Shown here piece after piece: positions 41,577 through 52,854 of a stretch of DNA of 64,000 bases. The stretch's first letter is position 1. Each line of letters starts with the position of its first letter. The DNA comes from Obrimoposthia wandeli (Eukaryota): NCBI GenBank assembly GCA_977020255.1, contig CDROCS010000253.1, positions 806,001 to 870,000 on the forward strand, in the 5' to 3' direction. The notes under the pieces were generated by a model. It worked only from the letters and a program-made list of their open reading frames with translations. It was not told the DNA's origin and ran no database searches. The position numbers and the translations under genes were made by a program.

Positions 41577-43100
41577 CTAAACCGATATTGCACTCATTAA
41601 ATGGCATAACAATCGGTCCATCGCTCGGTAAGACAAGGCTTCGACTAAATGTTTATGACAAATATTTTCGGTTCCTTCCATATCCGCAAGCGTACGGGAA
41701 ATTTTCAAAATTTTATGATGCGCACGGGTTGATAACCCTAGTTTTTCCACCGCAAGCTCTAAAAACTCATTGTCATCGACACTTAAATCACAATAACTTT
41801 TCAATTCGCTACTGCTGATATGTGCGTTGGCTTTATTTTGTCTTTGCAACTGAATAGTCCGACAGACTCGCACTCGCTGTTGTACTTGTGCGCTTGATTC
41901 ATTTTTTTGATTGCTTTGTGCCCAAGTACCTCGAGGTAACCTTGCGACTTCAATTTGAATATCAATCCGGTCAAGAAACGGTCCTGACAAACGATTTAAA
42001 TACCGTAACACTTGCTCTGGCGTACTGCGCTTGTCGTTATAGAATCCTGTTGGACTTGGGTTCATCGCAGCAATCAATTGAAAACGTGCGGGAAAACATT
42101 GTTTATGCATAGCTCTAGAAATAGTCACTTCACCCGACTCCATTGGCTCTCGTAATACGTCTAACACTTTTCTTTCAAACTCAGGTAACTCATCTAAAAA
42201 CAACACACCGTTGTGCGCTAGCGTGATTTCACCGGGTTTGGGCTGACTGCCACCTCCCACTAAAGCGGCCGATGATGCGGTATGATGCGGTGCTCGAAAA
42301 GGTCGAGTAAACCACGACTTACGCGTAATACCTTGATGGCTAATCGATTGAATGGCAGCGACTTGCAGGGCTTCTTCCTCTGTCATTGGCGGTAAAATCC
42401 CCGCTAAACGGCTAGCTAACATGGTTTTACCGGTACCTGGTGGGCCGATGAATAGTAAATTATGACCACCACTGGCAGCAATCTCCAACGCTCGCTTTGC
42501 CAAGGGTTGCCCCATAACATCACTCATATCTAGCGTTTGCTCAGTCAACTCTTCTGCCATGATCTGCGCAGTGACTAACGGTAAAACCTGTTGACCAGCA
42601 AAATGAGAAAACAATTGTGTTAAATGGCTTATAGCATGAATTTTTGCTTGTTTAACCCAACTGGCTTGTTCGATATTTTGTATGGGAATGATCAAAGTTC
42701 GCTGACTTTCACTACTTGCCATAGCGACGGGGATTTCCCCGACAATGGCGCGTAGTTCACCTGACAAAGCCAGTTCCCCAGCAAATTCATATTGAGATAA
42801 ATCAACAGGTGGTAGTTGTTCCGACGCGGCAAGAATTCCCACTGCTATGGGTAAATCAAAACGGCCACCCTCTTTCGGTAAATCGGCCGGGGCAAGATTG
42901 ACGGTAATTCGTTTCGCTGGAAACTCATAACCACAATTGATTATGGCGCTACGTACCCTATCTTTTGATTCTTTTACCGAGGCTTCGGGTAAACCAACAA
43001 TATTAAATGCTGGCAGACCATTGGCAAGGTGAACTTCAACCGTAACAAGGGGAGATTCAAGGCCGATTCGAGCCCGACTGTACACGCAAGAAAGTGACAT
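41577..43100 (-). CDS. comM: ComM/YifB Mg-chelatase-like AAA+ ATPase
   Basis: RITVNLAPADLPKEGGRFDL, GPPGTGKT, FRAPHH, LAHNGVLFLDE. Confidence 0.92.
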   Translation of the reverse strand: MSLSCVYSRARIGLESPLVTVEVHLANGLPAFNIVGLPEASVKESKDRVRSAIINCGYEFPAKRITVNLAPADLPKEGGRFDLPIAVGILAASEQLPPVDLSQYEFAGELALSGELRAIVGEIPVAMASSESQRTLIIPIQNIEQASWVKQAKIHAISHLTQLFSHFAGQQVLPLVTAQIMAEELTEQTLDMSDVMGQPLAKRALEIAASGGHNLLFIGPPGTGKTMLASRLAGILPPMTEEEALQVAAIQSISHQGITRKSWFTRPFRAPHHTASSAALVGGGSQPKPGEITLAHNGVLFLDELPEFERKVLDVLREPMESGEVTISRAMHKQCFPARFQLIAAMNPSPTGFYNDKRSTPEQVLRYLNRLSGPFLDRIDIQIEVARLPRGTWAQSNQKNESSAQVQQRVRVCRTIQLQRQNKANAHISSSELKSYCDLSVDDNEFLELAVEKLGLSTRAHHKILKISRTLADMEGTENICHKHLVEALSYRAMDRLLCHLMSAISV

Positions 43101-43322
43101 AAAAATTCCATTTAATTTATTCCTTTTTTCCAGTGTAGTCTAAATCTTTTTATATTGGGTTATTACCGATTGTCGATTACTGCACAAAAATACTCTAACA
43201 AAAAACCTTGCACATGGGATTAGAGCTATGGTACTAATTTAATAAGTAAACGACGCTGAACATAAAAAAAACGTAAAAAATAATAATCAGTCTGCGTAAA
43301 ATAAAACAAGCAAAGAGATAAA

Positions 43323-43397
43323 ATGCATAAATTTAATTCAATTATTACTAACCTTCTCGTCGTGGTGATTATTAAATCATCTCGAGGGTTTTGTTGA
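43323..43397 (+). CDS. ilvL: ilv operon leader peptide, MHKFNSIITNLLVVVIIKSSRGFC
   Basis: Hand-translated 24-aa ORF with an IITNLLVVVII run, directly before the attenuator. Confidence 0.85.
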   Translation: MHKFNSIITNLLVVVIIKSSRGFC

Positions 43398-43462
43398 GCT
43401 AAAGAAAAGCATTCAATCAAATAACAAACCCTCGCTTCGCAAGAACCGAGGGTTTTCTTTTA
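43381..43462 (+). terminator. ilv attenuator (antiterminator/terminator)
   Basis: AAACCCTCG...CGAGGGTTTTCTTTT terminator; CGAGGGTTTTGTT in the leader can pair with AACAAACCCTCG. Confidence 0.85.
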
Positions 43463-43541
43463 GCCTCTTTTTCATTAATTTTTTATTAAAGATGAAGATG
43501 CTGAAAATACCGACATTAACAAGATAACAATTGGAATCATC

Positions 43542-45206
43542 ATGACCAAGAGTAAAACGCTAACAGGCGGCGCATTATTATTTGAAGTATTACAAGAACA
43601 CGGTGTACAGCACGTTTTTGGCTACCCCGGTGGTGCCATAATGCCAATTTATGACGCTTTGTACGACAGTGACGTGAAACATTTTTTATGCCGACATGAG
43701 CAAGGAGCAGCATTTTCTGCTGTTGGTTACGCGCGTGCTGCTGGTACCGTTGGTGTCTGTTTAGCGACCTCAGGTCCAGGGGCAACAAACTTGATTACCG
43801 GTCTTGCCGATGCGTTAGCAGATTCAATTCCAGTTGTTGCTATTACAGGACAAGTTCCTACTGCTGCTATGGGTAGTGATGCCTTCCAAGAAATTGATAT
43901 TTTTGGTTTATCTCTTGCTTGTACTAAGCATTCTTTCCAAGTAACTGATATTAATGAGCTTGAAAAAGTATTGCATCAAGCCTTTGAAATTGCTTTAGAA
44001 GGTCGTCATGGACCCGTACTTGTTGATATTCCAAAAGACATTCAATTAGCAGAAGTAACTCAGCGTTTAGATAAACTGTCTCATTTAAAGAATAAAGTAA
44101 AATTACCCCTTGCTGATATCAGCAAAGCGCTTGATTTACTGACTCATGCTAAGCAACCTATTTTGTACGTAGGTGGTGGTGTTGGTATGGCGAACGCGGT
44201 AGAAGAAGTACGAGATTTTGCCGAAAAAACAGGTATGCCAAGTGTTTCAACATTGAAGGGCTTAGGTGCCATTAATCCAGATAATGAAAACCACCTTGGC
44301 ATGTTAGGTATGCACGGCACAAAAGCAGCTAACCTTGCCGTGCAGCAAAGTGATTTATTAGTAGTGGTTGGTGCTCGTTTTGATGACCGAGTGACTGGCA
44401 AACTAGATGAGTTTGCGCCGAATGCTAAAGTCATTCATTTTGATATTGATACCGCTGAAATTAATAAACGCCGCGATGCCGACGCTGCTATTTTAGGTGA
44501 CTTGAAAGGTAACTTACCGCTATTAACCACTGATTTAGACATAGCAGATTGGCAACAAAAATTACAAAAGATGAACACAGACTTTGCATGGCGTTATGAT
44601 CACCCAGGCGATAACATTTTTGCCCCTGCCGTATTAAAAACGGTGAGCGACCTTATGCCAAGCAATACCTGTATAACCACTGATGTTGGTCAACACCAAA
44701 TGTGGGCCGCACAACATATGGTATTTGATGACCCAAGCAACTTTTTGACCAGTGGCGGCATGGGCACTATGGGCTTTGGTTTACCCGCAGCAATCGGTGC
44801 ACAGATATCACGCCCCCATGATACGGTCATAGCGGTATCAGGCGATGGCTCAATTATGATGAATGTGCAAGAATTAGCAACGATTAAACGCTACCAAATT
44901 CCAGTAAAAGTCGTGCTAATTGATAACGCTAAACTCGGTATGGTTCGCCAATGGCAAGACCTATTTTTTGATGGCAGACTAAGCGAAACTGATTTGTCAG
45001 ATAACCCTGACTTTGTCATGTTAGCCGCGGCGTTTGAGATAAAATCAAAGCTGATCACTAAAAAGAATGAAGTTAAAGCTGCCGTTGAAGAAATGTTAGA
45101 TCATGATGGCCCTTACTTATTACAAGTAAAAATTGATGCAACAGAAAATGTTTGGCCACTAGTGCCGCCAAATACAGCAAACGATAAAATGATGGAGAGT
45201 GTGTAA
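43542..45206 (+). CDS. ilvG: Acetolactate synthase II large subunit
   Basis: [34 protein letters not shown]; frame intact. Confidence 0.95.
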   Translation: MTKSKTLTGGALLFEVLQEHGVQHVFGYPGGAIMPIYDALYDSDVKHFLCRHEQGAAFSAVGYARAAGTVGVCLATSGPGATNLITGLADALADSIPVVAITGQVPTAAMGSDAFQEIDIFGLSLACTKHSFQVTDINELEKVLHQAFEIALEGRHGPVLVDIPKDIQLAEVTQRLDKLSHLKNKVKLPLADISKALDLLTHAKQPILYVGGGVGMANAVEEVRDFAEKTGMPSVSTLKGLGAINPDNENHLGMLGMHGTKAANLAVQQSDLLVVVGARFDDRVTGKLDEFAPNAKVIHFDIDTAEINKRRDADAAILGDLKGNLPLLTTDLDIADWQQKLQKMNTDFAWRYDHPGDNIFAPAVLKTVSDLMPSNTCITTDVGQHQMWAAQHMVFDDPSNFLTSGGMGTMGFGLPAAIGAQISRPHDTVIAVSGDGSIMMNVQELATIKRYQIPVKVVLIDNAKLGMVRQWQDLFFDGRLSETDLSDNPDFVMLAAAFEIKSKLITKKNEVKAAVEEMLDHDGPYLLQVKIDATENVWPLVPPNTANDKMMESV

Positions 45207-45207
45207 T

Positions 45208-45486
45208 ATGAGTTCTATGACGCTGAATAAGTATCAATTAATCATTATGGCTGATGATAAGCAAGTAGTGCTAGAGCGAATTTTGCAAGTCACTCGGTAT
45301 CGCGGTTTTCTAATCAACGGTATGAATGCCGAAGTTAATACGGGTAACAATGTCGCCACAATCACTATGTCTGTCAGTAGTGAGCGCCCTATTTCTTTGC
45401 TTATTGATCAAATAAACAAATTGATCGACATCAAGGGTGTCAAAGTAGACAATAGTGAAGTGCAAATAAAACAACATAGCGCTTAA
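45208..45486 (+). CDS. ilvM: Acetolactate synthase II small subunit
   Basis: LERILQVTRYRGF, SERPISLL; follows ilvG. Confidence 0.9.
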   Translation: MSSMTLNKYQLIIMADDKQVVLERILQVTRYRGFLINGMNAEVNTGNNVATITMSVSSERPISLLIDQINKLIDIKGVKVDNSEVQIKQHSA

Positions 45487-45591
45487 AAAACAAGCGACAT
45501 AATAAAAATTCGCCTTGGTTGACTAACCATGCTCTGACATTTTCGTCGGGGTTTGTTAATTATCCAAGAGCAACAAAATTAGGAAAAGAAA

Positions 45592-46518
45592 ATGGCTAAA
45601 GTAAATGCAGATTATATTTGGTTCAATGGTGAAATCATGCCGTGGCAAAATGCTACAGTACACGTAATGAGTCATGCTCTTCATTACGGCTCATCAGTTT
45701 TTGAAGGCATTCGTGCCTATGAAACACATAAAGGCACGTGTATTTTTCGTTTAGAAGAACACATCAAGCGTTTATTTGATTCAGCAAAGATTTACCGTAT
45801 GAATATCCCATACACTCAAGCAGAAGTTGTACAAGCGTGTAAAGATGCCGTGGTAAAAAATGACTTGAAATCCGCTTATTTACGTCCATTAGCCTTTTTA
45901 GGTGATATTGGTATGGGTCTTCGTCCACCAATTGATGCTAAAGCTGACCTTATGATTGCAGCCTTTAGCTGGGAAGCATACTTAGGCGCTGATGCTGTTG
46001 AGAATGGTGTTGAAGTTGGTGTTTCTAGTTGGAACCGTTTAGCGCCAAACACTATGCCTACAGCAGCAAAAGCTGGTGGTAACTACCTGTCTTCACAGCT
46101 TATTTCAACAGAAGCAGCTCGCCATGGTTATGCCGAGGGTGTAGCACTTGATGTTAATAACATGGTAAGTGAAGGCGCAGGTCAAAACTTATTTTTAGTA
46201 CGTAACGGTGTCATATATACCCCGCCAGGAACCGCCTCTATTTTACAAGGCTTAACACGCGATGCGGTATTCTATTTAGCTAAGCAGTTAGGTTATGAAG
46301 TACGTGAAGAATCTATTGCACGTGAAGCATTATATCTTGCTGACGAATTCTTTATGTGTGGTACTGCTACAGAAGTAGTACCAGTAAAATCGGTAGATGG
46401 TTTACCTGTAGGTACTGGTTCTCGTGGACCTATAACCAAAGCAATTCAAGAAGCCTTTTTTGGTATTTTTGATGGCACTACCAGCGTACCAGAAAGCTGG
46501 TTAGATCCAGTTAAATAG
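45592..46518 (+). CDS. ilvE: Branched-chain amino acid aminotransferase
   Basis: HALHYGSSVFEGIRAY, AKAGGNY, SEGAGQNLF. Confidence 0.96.
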   Translation: MAKVNADYIWFNGEIMPWQNATVHVMSHALHYGSSVFEGIRAYETHKGTCIFRLEEHIKRLFDSAKIYRMNIPYTQAEVVQACKDAVVKNDLKSAYLRPLAFLGDIGMGLRPPIDAKADLMIAAFSWEAYLGADAVENGVEVGVSSWNRLAPNTMPTAAKAGGNYLSSQLISTEAARHGYAEGVALDVNNMVSEGAGQNLFLVRNGVIYTPPGTASILQGLTRDAVFYLAKQLGYEVREESIAREALYLADEFFMCGTATEVVPVKSVDGLPVGTGSRGPITKAIQEAFFGIFDGTTSVPESWLDPVK

Positions 46519-46529
46519 TTAGTAACTAC

Positions 46530-46631
46530 CCAACTCTTTGCCAGTTAATACTGTAGCATCGGAAATACTCACTTATATTCATAAGCTCCGTATTTCCTCT
46601 TTGTTACAGCATCAACTGACTTTGAGTTGAG
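46530..46631. repeat. About 100-bp imperfect inverted repeat between ilvE and ilvD
   Basis: Nested arms CAACTC/GAGTTG, CAGTT/AACTG, CTGTAGC/GTTACAG, GGAAATAC/GTATTTCC. Confidence 0.65.
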
Positions 46632-46764
46632 CAGTCACATCCCCTGTAATTAAATAATAAATCTCATTTTAAAAGTTCATTTAGCTCCGTAAGCACAAAG
46701 TGAATTTTCAAAATAATGCTATTAAAAATAAGTTCTCAAACTCACCAATTGGAATGTAAAAATC

Positions 46765-48624
46765 ATGCCTAAATTAAGATCTGCAACTTCTACTCAAGGC
46801 CGCAATATGGCCGGCGCTCGTGCACTTTGGCGTGCTACAGGCATGACAGATGGCGATTTTGGAAAACCAATTATCGCGGTAGTGAACTCTTTCACCCAAT
46901 TTGTACCTGGTCATGTGCATTTAAAAGACATGGGCCAATTAGTTGCTGGTGCAATTGAAGAAGCTGGCGGTGTTGCTAAAGAATTCAACACTATCGCTGT
47001 CGATGACGGTATTGCTATGGGTCATTCAGGTATGCTTTATAGCTTACCTTCTCGTGACTTGATTGCTGACTCGGTTGAATACATGGTAAATGCCCATTGT
47101 GCTGATGCCATGGTTTGTATTTCAAACTGTGACAAAATCACTCCTGGCATGATGATGGCCGCAATGCGCTTAAACATCCCAGTAATTTTTGTCTCTGGTG
47201 GCCCAATGGAAGCAGGTAAAACAAAGCTTTCAGATCAAATTATCAAGCTTGATTTAGTTGATGCCATGATTAAAGGTGCGGATCCTACAGTAAGTGATGA
47301 AGATAGCGATAAAATTGAACGTTCTGCCTGTCCAACCTGTGGTTCATGTTCTGGTATGTTCACTGCAAACTCAATGAACTGTTTAGCTGAAGCATTAGGT
47401 CTTGCCTTACCCGGTAACGGTTCTATGCTGGCAACACACGCTGATAGAGAGCAGTTATTCTTAAAGGCCGGTAAAGAAATCGTTAAATTGACTAAACGTT
47501 ATTACCAAGATAACGATGAGTCTGCACTACCACGTAATATTGCCTGTAAAGAAGCATTACACAATGCTATGTGTTTAGATATTGCTATGGGTGGTTCAAC
47601 CAACACTATCTTGCATTTACTGGCAACTGCACAAGAAGCTGAAATTGATTACACCATGAAAGACATGGATGAATTATCTCGTCGCGTGCCACAGTTATGT
47701 AAAGTCGCCCCATCAACACCTGAGTACCACATGGAAGATGTGCATCGCGCTGGTGGTGTTATTAGTATTTTAGGTGAATTAGATCGTGCTGGTTTATTAC
47801 ATACAGATGTGCCGAATGTTTTAGGTACCACGTTAGCAGATGTTATCGCTAAATATGACATTACATTAACCGATGATGAAGATGTTAAAAAATTCTACCG
47901 TGCAGGCCCTGCTGGTATACGTACAGTTAAAGCATTTAGCCAAGATTGTCGTTGGGATACCTTAGATGATGACCGTGCTAATGGTTGTATCCGTAGTCTT
48001 GAAAACGCCTTTTCATTAGAAGGTGGTTTAGCTGTACTTTCAGGTAATATTGCCCCTGATGGCTGTGTTGTTAAAACGGCAGGTGTAGAGGACGATAACT
48101 TAGTATTCACCGGTCCTGCACACATTTTTGAAAGCCAAGACGAAGCAGTTGCTGCCATTCTTGATAAAAAAGTTGTTGCTGGTGAAGTAGTCGTTATTCG
48201 TTACGAAGGCCCTAAAGGTGGTCCAGGCATGCAAGAAATGCTTTATCCAACCACTTACTTAAAGTCGATGGGATTAGGTAAAGCCTGTGCCTTATTAACC
48301 GATGGTCGTTTCTCTGGCGGTACTTCAGGTTTATCAATAGGTCACGTTTCTCCTGAAGCAGCTGATGGCGGTACAATCGCCTTAGTTGAGCAAGGCGATA
48401 TCATTCACATTGATATTCCTACTCGTGAGATTACTTTACAAGTCTCTGAAGAAGTCCTTGAAGAACGTCGTGCTGCGATGGAAGCCAAAGGTAAAAAGGC
48501 TTGGAAACCTGCTGATCGTGTTCGTCCAATTAGCTACGCACTTAAAAACTACGCAATGTTAGCGACAAGCGCCGATAAAGGGGCTGTTCGAAACAGAGCC
48601 TTACTCGATGGTTTAGTCGATTAG
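46765..48624 (+). CDS. ilvD: Dihydroxy-acid dehydratase
   Basis: [32 protein letters not shown]. Confidence 0.97.
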   Translation: MPKLRSATSTQGRNMAGARALWRATGMTDGDFGKPIIAVVNSFTQFVPGHVHLKDMGQLVAGAIEEAGGVAKEFNTIAVDDGIAMGHSGMLYSLPSRDLIADSVEYMVNAHCADAMVCISNCDKITPGMMMAAMRLNIPVIFVSGGPMEAGKTKLSDQIIKLDLVDAMIKGADPTVSDEDSDKIERSACPTCGSCSGMFTANSMNCLAEALGLALPGNGSMLATHADREQLFLKAGKEIVKLTKRYYQDNDESALPRNIACKEALHNAMCLDIAMGGSTNTILHLLATAQEAEIDYTMKDMDELSRRVPQLCKVAPSTPEYHMEDVHRAGGVISILGELDRAGLLHTDVPNVLGTTLADVIAKYDITLTDDEDVKKFYRAGPAGIRTVKAFSQDCRWDTLDDDRANGCIRSLENAFSLEGGLAVLSGNIAPDGCVVKTAGVEDDNLVFTGPAHIFESQDEAVAAILDKKVVAGEVVVIRYEGPKGGPGMQEMLYPTTYLKSMGLGKACALLTDGRFSGGTSGLSIGHVSPEAADGGTIALVEQGDIIHIDIPTREITLQVSEEVLEERRAAMEAKGKKAWKPADRVRPISYALKNYAMLATSADKGAVRNRALLDGLVD

Positions 48625-48728
48625 TCGATATAAAAACTATATACCATAAATAAAAAGGCTTGGCGCGGCTTTCGTCGCACTCGGCCTAAGCTGTATAAAC
48701 AGCTAAATAAAAACTCTAGGTAAATCTA

Positions 48729-50297
48729 ATGACAAAAACACTCAAGCAAGCATCACCCAAAGAACCATTAGATTACCTAAGGCGTATTCTACTTGCCCCT
48801 ATTTATGATCTGGCCATTGAAACTGAACTGACAGCTTGCAACAAATTATCCGCTCGATTAAATAACCAAATTTATTTAAAACGTGAAGATCAGCAACCGG
48901 TACATTCGTTTAAATTACGTGGTGCTTATAACAAACTAAATAGTTTAACTGAAGAGCAATGCATTCATGGAGTGATCGCTGCTTCTGCCGGTAATCATGC
49001 ACAAGGTTTAGCACTAGCGGCCAAAAAATTGGGAATTAAAGCAACTATCGTCATGCCCAAAACCACCCCTGATATTAAAGTGGACAATGTCAGGCGCTTT
49101 GGTGGTGAAGTACGATTAGTTGGCAATAGTTTTAATGAAGCACAAGCGGCTTCAATTGAATATGCACAAGCAGAAAGCAAAACACTTGTTCATCCCTTTG
49201 ATGATATTGAAGTGATTATTGGCCAAGGTACGGTAGCTAAAGAGCTGTTACAACAATTACCCCATGCTGATGTGGTTTTTATACCGGTTGGCGGTGGAGG
49301 TCTACTCGCGGGAATGTCGGTATACCTGAAACAGCTAAGTCCTAGTACCAAAATTATCGGTGTCGAAGCTGAAGATTCAGCCTGTTTGAAAGCCGCACTT
49401 GCAGCAGGGAAACCTGTTGATTTAACTCAAGTAGGTTTATTTGCCGATGGCGTTGCCGTTAAACGTATTGGTGAAAATACCTTTGGTTTGATTCAACAGT
49501 TTTGTGATGAAGTGATCACCGTATCAACCGATGAAATTTGCGCTTCCATTAAAGATATTTTCGAAGAAACACGTGTTATTGCTGAACCTGCTGGCGCACT
49601 ATCTTTAGCTGGTTTACAAAAATATTGTCAGACGAGTAAGGGTGATGAATCATTAGCCGCAGTACTTTCCGGCGCAAATATGAACTTTCATACTTTACGT
49701 TACGTATCAGAACGTTGTGAATTAGGTGAAAAGAAAGAAGCAATATTGGCTGTTACTATTCCAGAAGAAAAAGGCAGTTTTAAACGTTTTTGCCAATCTA
49801 TAGGCAACCGTGCTATTACCGAGTTTAACTATCGTTATTCTGGTAAGCCTAGTGCTGAAATTTTTGTTGGTGTTCGCCTTAGTGGCAGTATGCAAGAACG
49901 TCAGGAACTACTTCAAGGACTAGAAAGTGCAAATTATCAAGTAAGAGACTTTACCGACAATGAGCTAGCTAAGTTACATGTTCGCTACATGATTGGCGGT
50001 AAAAAACCTGAATCAGCTAAAAATACTAATGCTGTTGATAAGAATGATGAGCGACTGTTTAGTTTTGAATTTCCTGAACATCCTGGCGCATTAGAAAAAT
50101 TCTTAGCTGCGATGGGCGAACATTGGAATATCACCTTATTTCATTACCGTAACCATGGCGCTGCATTTGGTCAGGTACTTGCTGGTTTCGATCTTGATGA
50201 CAACCAACAAAACGAATTCTTCCAACACCTTGATGCGCTTGGTTATCAATGGCAAGAAGAAACCGATAACCTCGCATATCAGACATTTTTGAATTAA
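48729..50297 (+). CDS. ilvA: Threonine ammonia-lyase, biosynthetic
   Basis: SFKLRGA PLP lysine, SAGNHAQG, C-terminal ACT-like domains. Confidence 0.97.
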   Translation: MTKTLKQASPKEPLDYLRRILLAPIYDLAIETELTACNKLSARLNNQIYLKREDQQPVHSFKLRGAYNKLNSLTEEQCIHGVIAASAGNHAQGLALAAKKLGIKATIVMPKTTPDIKVDNVRRFGGEVRLVGNSFNEAQAASIEYAQAESKTLVHPFDDIEVIIGQGTVAKELLQQLPHADVVFIPVGGGGLLAGMSVYLKQLSPSTKIIGVEAEDSACLKAALAAGKPVDLTQVGLFADGVAVKRIGENTFGLIQQFCDEVITVSTDEICASIKDIFEETRVIAEPAGALSLAGLQKYCQTSKGDESLAAVLSGANMNFHTLRYVSERCELGEKKEAILAVTIPEEKGSFKRFCQSIGNRAITEFNYRYSGKPSAEIFVGVRLSGSMQERQELLQGLESANYQVRDFTDNELAKLHVRYMIGGKKPESAKNTNAVDKNDERLFSFEFPEHPGALEKFLAAMGEHWNITLFHYRNHGAAFGQVLAGFDLDDNQQNEFFQHLDALGYQWQEETDNLAYQTFLN

Positions 50298-50337
50298 CTT
50301 TATCGACTAAACTTTCATACTAAATATGTAGATAAAA

Positions 50338-50370
50338 ACAAAAGCCTTGACATATTATGTCAAGGCTTTA
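50338..50370 (+). terminator. Terminator of the ilv operon
   Basis: AAAAGCCTTGACAT-ATT-ATGTCAAGGCTTT. Confidence 0.8.
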
Positions 50371-50457
50371 TTGTTATTAACACTCTAGTTACAATTACTC
50401 TTAAGATAAATATCTAATAATAATTGCTGAGCTATTAATAAAAATAAAGGAAAATAC

Positions 50458-51390
50458 ATGTTGAAAAATGGAATGACAAAAACCCCTGTCGATATAGATA
50501 CTGCTCAAATAACCAAGCATTTTGGAAAAATTTCTGCTGCCGTTGTTACAGCTCTTATTTTATGGCAAGTACCTTACACCATTGATGAAGGTCATGTCGG
50601 TATCGTCAAGCGTTTCGGTGAAGCAACCACGCAAGTAAATCCTGGTTTACATACTAAAATCCCTTTTGCCGACTCCATTGAAGAATTAGAAATCCGTACC
50701 CGTAAAAATTCAGAAAACCTCAAAGCATCAACGTTCGAGCAAATGCCTGTACAAGCCGCAGTATCTGTTAACTGGACAGTTATACGCGCAGAAGCTTTTG
50801 AATTATATAAAGGTTACGGTGGTTTAGATCAATTTGAAAACCGTATTTTAGATCCCCGTTTACGCTCTGCAACTAAAGATGCTCTAGCCCGCTTTAAAGC
50901 AGAACAAATCATTCAAAACCGTGGTCAAGTCATTCAAAAAATTGAAGAGACACTCTTAGCTGCCATGGCAGAGTTTCCAGTAAAACTGGATAGCGTACAA
51001 ATTGAAAACTTAGTTTTGCCACAAAAATACTTACAAAGCATAGAAACTAAGCAAACAGAAAAGAACTTAGCGGCAGCAGAAAAGCATCGCTTAGAGCGCC
51101 AAAAGCTTGAGGCGCAACGAGAGGTAAACACTGCAGAAGCTAAGCGTGATGCTGAAAAAGCGCGTGCTGATGGTAGTGCTTATGCCATTGAAATTGAAGC
51201 TAAAGCTCAAGCAGAAGCTATTTTAGTAAAAGGCTTAGCTGAAGCGGAAGCAATGGTAAAAAAAGCAGCTGCCATCAAATCGAATAAAACCTTAGTGGAA
51301 TATGTCAAAGCACAACAGTGGGATGGGAAACTACCGACCACGGTAATGGGCAGTGGCCAAGATATTTTATGGAATATGAAGGAAAAATAA
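50458..51390 (+). CDS. Prohibitin-like SPFH protein
   Basis: N-terminal TM, YTIDEGHVGIVKRFG, coiled coil, QQWDGKLP. Confidence 0.85.
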   Translation: MLKNGMTKTPVDIDTAQITKHFGKISAAVVTALILWQVPYTIDEGHVGIVKRFGEATTQVNPGLHTKIPFADSIEELEIRTRKNSENLKASTFEQMPVQAAVSVNWTVIRAEAFELYKGYGGLDQFENRILDPRLRSATKDALARFKAEQIIQNRGQVIQKIEETLLAAMAEFPVKLDSVQIENLVLPQKYLQSIETKQTEKNLAAAEKHRLERQKLEAQREVNTAEAKRDAEKARADGSAYAIEIEAKAQAEAILVKGLAEAEAMVKKAAAIKSNKTLVEYVKAQQWDGKLPTTVMGSGQDILWNMKEK

Positions 51391-51815
51391 TACCTTCTCG
51401 GTATAGTGCAACAAACTGCGCTATACCGTACCTTAAAGATAACTTCTTTCGTTTACTCAGCTGGCATTGTCGTATCAATTTTATTCAGTGATCGTAAAAC
51501 AAGCCTAATCCATATAATTTCAAGTCAGTTTCTAGTGTTGTTTTTTACTTTTTATAGCGTTGTTTAGTTACAATCATTAACACCATTAATATTTCATCCA
51601 TTACACGACAAAATGGCTGTGTACCTAGTTTTAACTTGAAGATTCGCTTAGTGTCAGGTAACATTTTTTGTCGTAAAATTAATAATGCGACTACCAATGA
51701 TTTTACTATCATGGCTATTGGTGACACACAATATTCAGGTTAAGACCAATTTAGCTTAGCTGCTGGTGAGACTATCACTTCTGGTTTTCTTTATGCCGAT
51801 GCAAATAGTAATAGT

Positions 51816-52388
51816 TCAGGTAGCGTAATAAAAAACAAATCCTGCTGGGGTCACTAAGCCAGCAATAACCAGCCAACTCCGCTTTCCCAAGGCACTATAT
51901 CTCCCCTTAACCATAAACAATGCCGATATCGATAGAAATATCAGCATCAAGGCATACAAGTCAGAAAAATAAACCCATGCATTTTTTGCTTCATTTAAAT
52001 GCAAAAAATTTAGACTTCGAAGTAATGGTCTAGCTTTTATCTGCTCAACAAATACAGTATTCAGAGCAATATTGATAACAACAGTGCCGTTTTCGGTAAA
52101 AAGTTTATAGGTCTTAGGATTTTGCCAAAAGCGAGCTTTGACTTTAGCCTGTAGATTAATTTCTTTTAGTAACCAAGTTTCAAAATTATCACTTTCAATC
52201 TTAGTAGCCAGAGCCGTTATTTCATAAGTTTGCTGACTAACCGAGTAATTAGAGTTCCAATCATTAATATGGTTTAAGGCAATACCAGAAATAGCAAAAA
52301 CTAACGTCATGCCAATGCAAAAAAAACCAATATCCCGATGCAGAGTACGATTCAACCTAAACCAAAAAACTTGTCGTTTGTTAGTCAA
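51816..52388 (-). CDS. PepSY-associated TM helix protein (short form)
   Basis: LHRDIGFF...SGIALNH and LHL His-bearing TM segments. Confidence 0.8.
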   Translation of the reverse strand: MTNKRQVFWFRLNRTLHRDIGFFCIGMTLVFAISGIALNHINDWNSNYSVSQQTYEITALATKIESDNFETWLLKEINLQAKVKARFWQNPKTYKLFTENGTVVINIALNTVFVEQIKARPLLRSLNFLHLNEAKNAWVYFSDLYALMLIFLSISALFMVKGRYSALGKRSWLVIAGLVTPAGFVFYYAT

Positions 52389-52854
52389 TGATAGTCACTC
52401 CAGTCGGAGTGAATCGATATAGTGTCATTCCCTCCGTGACTAAAGATGAGTCGAATTCAACCTGGTTCTCTTTTGCACGATAGCTTAAATGCCTTTCAGC
52501 CTGTTTTCGACTCAATTTAATGGCAGCTAATGTTCCCGTGGCAAAGGCTTTCTTTCCCATAGTACTCATCGGAAATACCATTTCTCCATCGGGTACTTTT
52601 ATTGTGAGTATTTGATATTTCTTGTCTGAAGCGAGCTCCACCCAACAGCCCCTTTTTTTACACACTTTTACTATAGTGCCTGAAATAGTTGTCTTCACAG
52701 TCGTATAGTTTTCAGGTGTTGCTAACATTGTTGAAATACTAATCAACTTATCCATATTAGCACCAGGTCCAAACTTAATGGATTGAGCTTGTGTATAACT
52801 GGCTGTCAGTAAAAGTAGCACCATAAAACTCTCTTTAATCAGTGTTCTTCTCAT
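52381..52854 (-). CDS. DUF4920-like periplasmic protein
   Basis: Signal peptide; VCKKRGCW motif; overlaps the downstream gene by 8 nt. Confidence 0.75.
   Translation of the reverse strand: MRRTLIKESFMVLLLLTASYTQAQSIKFGPGANMDKLISISTMLATPENYTTVKTTISGTIVKVCKKRGCWVELASDKKYQILTIKVPDGEMVFPMSTMGKKAFATGTLAAIKLSRKQAERHLSYRAKENQVEFDSSLVTEGMTLYRFTPTGVTIID

Noticed and set aside
43226-43420. 64-aa minus-strand ORF
   Set aside because: Antisense shadow of the ilv leader/attenuator.
51545-51727. 60-aa track ORF as a real gene
   Set aside because: GTG start without a clear RBS and no recognisable family; treated as a possible relic instead.
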